A stretch of DNA of 64,000 nucleotides, taken from assembly GCA_965206845.1 (NCBI GenBank), contig OZ242221.1, positions 1,248,001 through 1,312,000 of the forward strand, read 5' to 3'. The notes beneath the pieces are model-generated. The model made no database searches. It saw only the letters and a program-made list of their open reading frames with translations, and had not been told where the DNA came from. The number at the start of each line of letters is the position of its first letter. Positions within the stretch are counted from its first letter, which is position 1. The DNA is from Cenarchaeum sp. Lineage in GTDB: Archaea; Thermoproteota; Nitrososphaeria; Nitrososphaerales; Nitrosopumilaceae. A program made the position numbers and the translations under genes. Shown here piece by piece: positions 59,825-64,000 of the stretch.

Positions 59825-60325
59825 ATGCAAGTGGTCTTGCGTCGGCTGATGGACGGCATCGTGAGGAGGGCGGAGCTGGGCGATCTCATTCCAATAATGG
59901 AGATCAACCTCAAGACCTTGCCTGAGCACTACTCGGACTACTTTTACGAGAGCCTCCTAGCAGAGCTTCCAGAGGCGTTCCTGGTAGCCGAGGTGGATTG
60001 CATGCATGCCGGCTACATAATGTGCAAGACCGAGTACGGGTTCTCCAACTTTAAGAAGCTGGGATTTGTAAAGAAGGGTCACGTGGTCTCCGTTGCGGTG
60101 CTACCGGTGTTCCGCAAGAAGGGACTGGGCAAGGCGCTGGTAGAGGAGGCCATGAACGGTGTCATGCTCAGAAAGTGCGACGAGCTGTACCTGGAGGTGC
60201 GGTGCAGCAACACTGCCGCCGTGCGCCTGTACGAGGGTCTGGGGTTCATAATAAGGCACAGGCTCAGGTCGTACTACCGGGACGGCGAGGATGCCTACCT
60301 TATGGCAGTGGAATTTACGCGTTAA
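59825..60325 (+). CDS. N-alpha-acetyltransferase (Ard1/RimI-like GNAT)
   Basis: LPEHY, GHVVSVAV, R-x-x-G-x-G-x-x-L, LEVR-x-SN and YY-x-DGEDA motifs. Confidence 0.9.
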   Translation: MQVVLRRLMDGIVRRAELGDLIPIMEINLKTLPEHYSDYFYESLLAELPEAFLVAEVDCMHAGYIMCKTEYGFSNFKKLGFVKKGHVVSVAVLPVFRKKGLGKALVEEAMNGVMLRKCDELYLEVRCSNTAAVRLYEGLGFIIRHRLRSYYRDGEDAYLMAVEFTR

Positions 60326-60358
60326 CTAATAAATAACAATCAGACATCCTCACATCTG

Positions 60359-60577
60359 TTGACTCGGCGGAAGGTAGCAGGCATCCTGATCTTCATCGGC
60401 TGTCTCGGCGGGTTCTTTCTGTACGCGTACCTGCTGATGCTCTCCGAGTGGAGTCCCATCGTCCTGCAGCTTACCGTGCTCATGGCAGTCGGCGGCGTGC
60501 TGGGAATCATCTCTTGGATAGGGTACACCATGGCAACCACCAAGCCCGCGCCGTCATCCGTAACCGATGACGTCTAG
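60359..60577 (+). CDS. Small two-TM membrane protein
   Basis: Two hydrophobic helices ending WIGYTMATT. Confidence 0.7.
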   Translation: MTRRKVAGILIFIGCLGGFFLYAYLLMLSEWSPIVLQLTVLMAVGGVLGIISWIGYTMATTKPAPSSVTDDV

Positions 60578-61413
60578 TCTTTTGTGATTCTTGCGTCCAC
60601 CACGGTCTGGTAGTACCTCGGACCCACCGCCCGGACTATTCTTGATCCCAGGATCTCGGATCTGACGGGGGCGACCTTCAGGTAGTGCCGCTCTGAGAGG
60701 CCTGGGGCGTCGGACTTGAGATCGGCGTGGATGTGGGAGTAGTAGTGGATCGTGCCGCCGCTCCTCGTTGCAGATACCGCCGAGTCCAGAAACTCGTCTG
60801 ACCTCTCGGGAAGCAGCATCAGGGTTCGGTCCGATGCCCCTTCAAGGCCCCCGGCAATCACCTGCCTTGCGTCGCCGCAGATCGGAACCACTTCGCCTGT
60901 CATCCTGTTCCACTCGACGTTCTGCTGGCACAGCTGCGCGGCCAGCGGGTTTATGTCTATGCTGTATACGGTGCATTTTTGCCTCTTGGCGGCTATTATC
61001 GAGAACATGCCGACGCCGGCAAACATGTTGATCACGGTCTCGCCGCGGCGCACCAGTCCGGCGATGCGCTCCCTCTCTGATGACAGGCGCGGCGACACGA
61101 ACGCCCCCTGTACGTCCACCATGAACCTGCAGCCGCTCTCCCGGTACTCGGTCCGTGTCGAGTCCTCGCCTGCTATGATCTCAAGATCCCGGATCCTGTA
61201 GTCGCCCTGCACGTCAGAGGACTGGCAGTAGACGGACCGGGCCGGCTTGACCTGCTCCAGCAGGGCCCTGCCGATGATCCCCCTCTTTGGCAGCAGCGCG
61301 TCCGGAATGCGCACCACGATGATGCCGCCGATCTGATCAAATGCCGAGAAGAGCTGGCTGCATTCCTGCGGGCTCAGAACCCCTTCCAGGGCCCTGCGAA
61401 GCATCCGGGTCAA
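60574..61413 (-). CDS. Trm5/Taw2-family SAM-dependent tRNA modification enzyme
   Basis: D-x-IG, E-x-G-x-x-F-x-VD, SPRL-x-x-ER, MFAGVG, DINP and GDA motifs. Confidence 0.85.
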   Translation of the reverse strand: MTRMLRRALEGVLSPQECSQLFSAFDQIGGIIVVRIPDALLPKRGIIGRALLEQVKPARSVYCQSSDVQGDYRIRDLEIIAGEDSTRTEYRESGCRFMVDVQGAFVSPRLSSERERIAGLVRRGETVINMFAGVGMFSIIAAKRQKCTVYSIDINPLAAQLCQQNVEWNRMTGEVVPICGDARQVIAGGLEGASDRTLMLLPERSDEFLDSAVSATRSGGTIHYYSHIHADLKSDAPGLSERHYLKVAPVRSEILGSRIVRAVGPRYYQTVVDARITKD

Positions 61414-63194
61414 CTCCTGCAGTAAAAGTTCCCTGATGTCTTCTGCCGCTTGTCCAGCCGGCTCCCGGACTTGTTGATCCGCGGCCGCATGGACTTTTCA
61501 TCCCGCCGGAACGTCACGTCCAGATACCTGAGGAAGCTGTTCATTGCGTCCGCCTTGCCTGCCGGCGACGTCGCGTGTCCACTGATCCCGGACTCTCCGT
61601 CAAAGATCACTATCCTGTCGGAGATCAGATCCATCAGCTGCATGTCGTGGTCGATCACCATTGCGGCCCTGCCAAAGGAGCGGGCAAACTTTTGCACAAA
61701 CTTTGCTATTGCAATCCTGTCCTCCACGTCAAGAAATGCCGACGGCTCGTCCAGGGCGTACAGGTCGGCCTTCTGCAGCAGGCACGATGCCACCGCAACC
61801 TTCTGCAGCTCCCCACCGGACAGGTTCCTTATGGATTTGGTGTACAGCTTTTTTATCTTCAGGGGATCAACGATCTGCTCCTCCTCCTGACTCCCCTCGA
61901 TTGGCGAGCCGTTTGCCGTGTCAAGAACCGACACAACCTCTGCATCGGACTCGCCCTGAAGGTACTGGGGCTTGTATGCGATCTTTATTCCTGCATCGAT
62001 CCGGCCGGCATCTGGCTTCTCGACTCCTGCGATCATCTTCATCATCGTGGTCTTGCCCAGCGCGTTTGCTCCCATGACGCCCAGGATCTCCCCCTTGTGG
62101 ATGGTGCCCGGCTCTATTGCCACCGAGAATGTCGGGTAGCTCTTGCTTAGGGCGGGGTATGAGATTACCGTGGAACCCCCTTGGAACTCACCTGCAGTTG
62201 AGGATGCGTCAAATGTGAACTTTCTGTCCCTGAACCTTACGTTCTCGTTGGGCAGGTAGCCGTCAAGAAAGGTGTTGATTCCCACCTTGGTGGACAGAAT
62301 GCCGGACACGATTCCGTATGCGGCGGACTCCCCGTACAGGACCTCGATGTAGTCGCTGAGAAAGTCTAGCAGCGTCAGGTCGTGCTCAACAACCATGACG
62401 CTTCTTCCCAGCTTGGCCAAGCCGTGTATGACCTTGGCCACCCCGGTTCTCTGAAATACGTCGTTGTATGAAGACGGCTCGTCAAAGAAGTAGAACTCGG
62501 CGTCCTTGGATGCGGCCACGGCCACTGCTAACCTCTGAAGTTCCCCACCGCTGAGCTCCCGCACGTTCTGCTCCATGGCGTTCTTCAGATCCAAATCCCT
62601 TACGAGCTGCCCTGCGACCCCACGGCTGTCGTATCTCTCCAGAATCTCCCTGGCAGTCTCGTCAAACGCCCGGGCGACGGTGTGAACCTGCTGTGGCTTG
62701 ATCGATGCCCTGATCCTCCCGTCCCGTATCTTCTCAAAGTGTGACCGGAGCTCCGTGCCGCTGTAGTACTTGAGGATCTCGTCCCACTCCGGCGGCCCGT
62801 CGTACCTTCCCAGGTTGGGCTTGATGGCGCCTGCCAGGATGTTCACCACCGTGCTCTTTCCCATGCCGTTTCTTCCCAAGAGTCCCACGACCTCGCCCTT
62901 CTTGGGTGTGGGCAGCTTGTACAGCCGGAACGAGTTCGGCCCGTACTGGTGAACCTTGTCTGATGCCATCTCAGAGGCTAGGTTGACTATCGTTATGGCA
63001 TCAAAGGGGCACACCTTGACGCAGATTCCGCACCCGTTGCAGATGTTCTCATCTATCCTGGCCTTCTTTATCTCCTCGTCCAGGACTATGCAGTCGGCCC
63101 CCGACTTGTTTACTGGGCAGTACTTGATGCACTCAAGGCCGCACTTTCTCGGCTGGCAGAGATCCGCATCCAAGACGGCCACGCGGTGTGTCAT
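61410..63194 (-). CDS. rli: Ribosome recycling ATPase ABCE1/RLI
   Basis: N-terminal Fe-S domain (CQPRKC…C…CP; CNGCGICVKVCP) and two ABC domains with LSGGELQ. Confidence 0.96.
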   Translation of the reverse strand: MTHRVAVLDADLCQPRKCGLECIKYCPVNKSGADCIVLDEEIKKARIDENICNGCGICVKVCPFDAITIVNLASEMASDKVHQYGPNSFRLYKLPTPKKGEVVGLLGRNGMGKSTVVNILAGAIKPNLGRYDGPPEWDEILKYYSGTELRSHFEKIRDGRIRASIKPQQVHTVARAFDETAREILERYDSRGVAGQLVRDLDLKNAMEQNVRELSGGELQRLAVAVAASKDAEFYFFDEPSSYNDVFQRTGVAKVIHGLAKLGRSVMVVEHDLTLLDFLSDYIEVLYGESAAYGIVSGILSTKVGINTFLDGYLPNENVRFRDRKFTFDASSTAGEFQGGSTVISYPALSKSYPTFSVAIEPGTIHKGEILGVMGANALGKTTMMKMIAGVEKPDAGRIDAGIKIAYKPQYLQGESDAEVVSVLDTANGSPIEGSQEEEQIVDPLKIKKLYTKSIRNLSGGELQKVAVASCLLQKADLYALDEPSAFLDVEDRIAIAKFVQKFARSFGRAAMVIDHDMQLMDLISDRIVIFDGESGISGHATSPAGKADAMNSFLRYLDVTFRRDEKSMRPRINKSGSRLDKRQKTSGNFYCRS

Positions 63195-64000
63195 ACAGGT
63201 GGTGCGACGGTTTTGCCTTATACTTCTTTAGTTCTTATGGCCCGTCTGTGTTATCGACAACTGCCTGTTTTCCTTGCCGGACTGCCCGATGTTAGGCAAG
63301 TTCTTACGGGTGTGGGATACACGGATGGCGAAATCAACGACGCCATATCTGGACATGTGCCTACACAGTCCCCTTCGGAACGCGACGGTGCACCCAGGAC
63401 CCGGGGCTGTCTACGCTGACTCCAAAAAAGTCGTGGCCTTGCCCAAAAAGGAGAAATTAGGCTTCAGCTTTGACGGTTCTGGGGGTCAGCCTGCCGCGTA
63501 TACCACATTGGCGGATGTTGTCATGCTTCCGTCTGGGACGGTGTCAGAAACAAAGGGTACAATCTCTGCTGACTTTGGGCGGCAAGGGCCGTCATGACGA
63601 TTACCGTTTGTGGCGCACATCGCAGGACTGCGCATGACTCTCCGGATCCTCGTGTTTTAGCGCACCCGTATCCCGGACGGCAGATATCTTTTCGACTCTG
63701 TCCTTGCGGCTAGGCCCATCAACACACCGCATGCGTGGCGTAAAGGCGGCAGTCCGGCAAAAATGGACTTGCACATGGTTTTTCCTCGTGACCGGCATCA
63801 CGCGAATCTTAGGCCACCTGTTCAGCCTCTTTCAGACTGGTCTATTGCACATGAGCCCCTCTGTAGTGCCGGCGGCATTCTGGCAGCCCGGCTCCGGCGC
63901 GGGTCGGATCATGCGGCGCGGCGCGTCAGATCGAGCCCTGGGGCATGAGCGGCACCGCATGCTGGCACGATCAGGGACGGCTGCAGCGTGGTTCTGCAGG

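Noticed and set aside
63186-64000. Short ORFs upstream of ABCE1
   Set aside because: No recognisable domain; possibly gene remnants, but not assignable from the sequence alone.

Overview
Chromosomal window from an ammonia-oxidising archaeon (Nitrososphaerota/Thaumarchaeota, Nitrosopumilaceae-like gene content and order). The coding sequence is GC-rich and IS-rich, which suggests a host-associated lineage such as a sponge symbiont (inference only). The core blocks are: the end of the spc-type ribosomal operon (rpl18-rps5-rpl30-rpl15-secY-adk-DUF106-cmk-cbf5), 2-oxoacid:ferredoxin oxidoreductase alpha/beta, the acetyl/propionyl-CoA carboxylase operon of the 3HP/4HB cycle, an 11-subunit complex I (nuoABCDHIJKMLN), and housekeeping genes from GGPP synthase to ABCE1. 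There are three tRNAs, two with BHB introns (one in the T-loop at 59/60). Accessory DNA at about 12.3-28.3 kb and 32.4-37.1 kb holds the most unusual items: (1) a 1035-aa secreted protein with three tandem Cache-like sensor domains fused to a vanadium-haloperoxidase-type catalytic domain, plus a Cache-only paralogue and a stand-alone tandem-PAS protein; (2) a secreted protein whose two-Cys module is split by a 30-bp tandem array encoding a Met/Asp-rich repeat, with two frameshifts; (3) a compound IS5(IS903-like)-ended structure carrying a truncated IS110 and its non-coding end, with the same 9-mer at all three junctions; (4) IS481-like and IS66-like relics.
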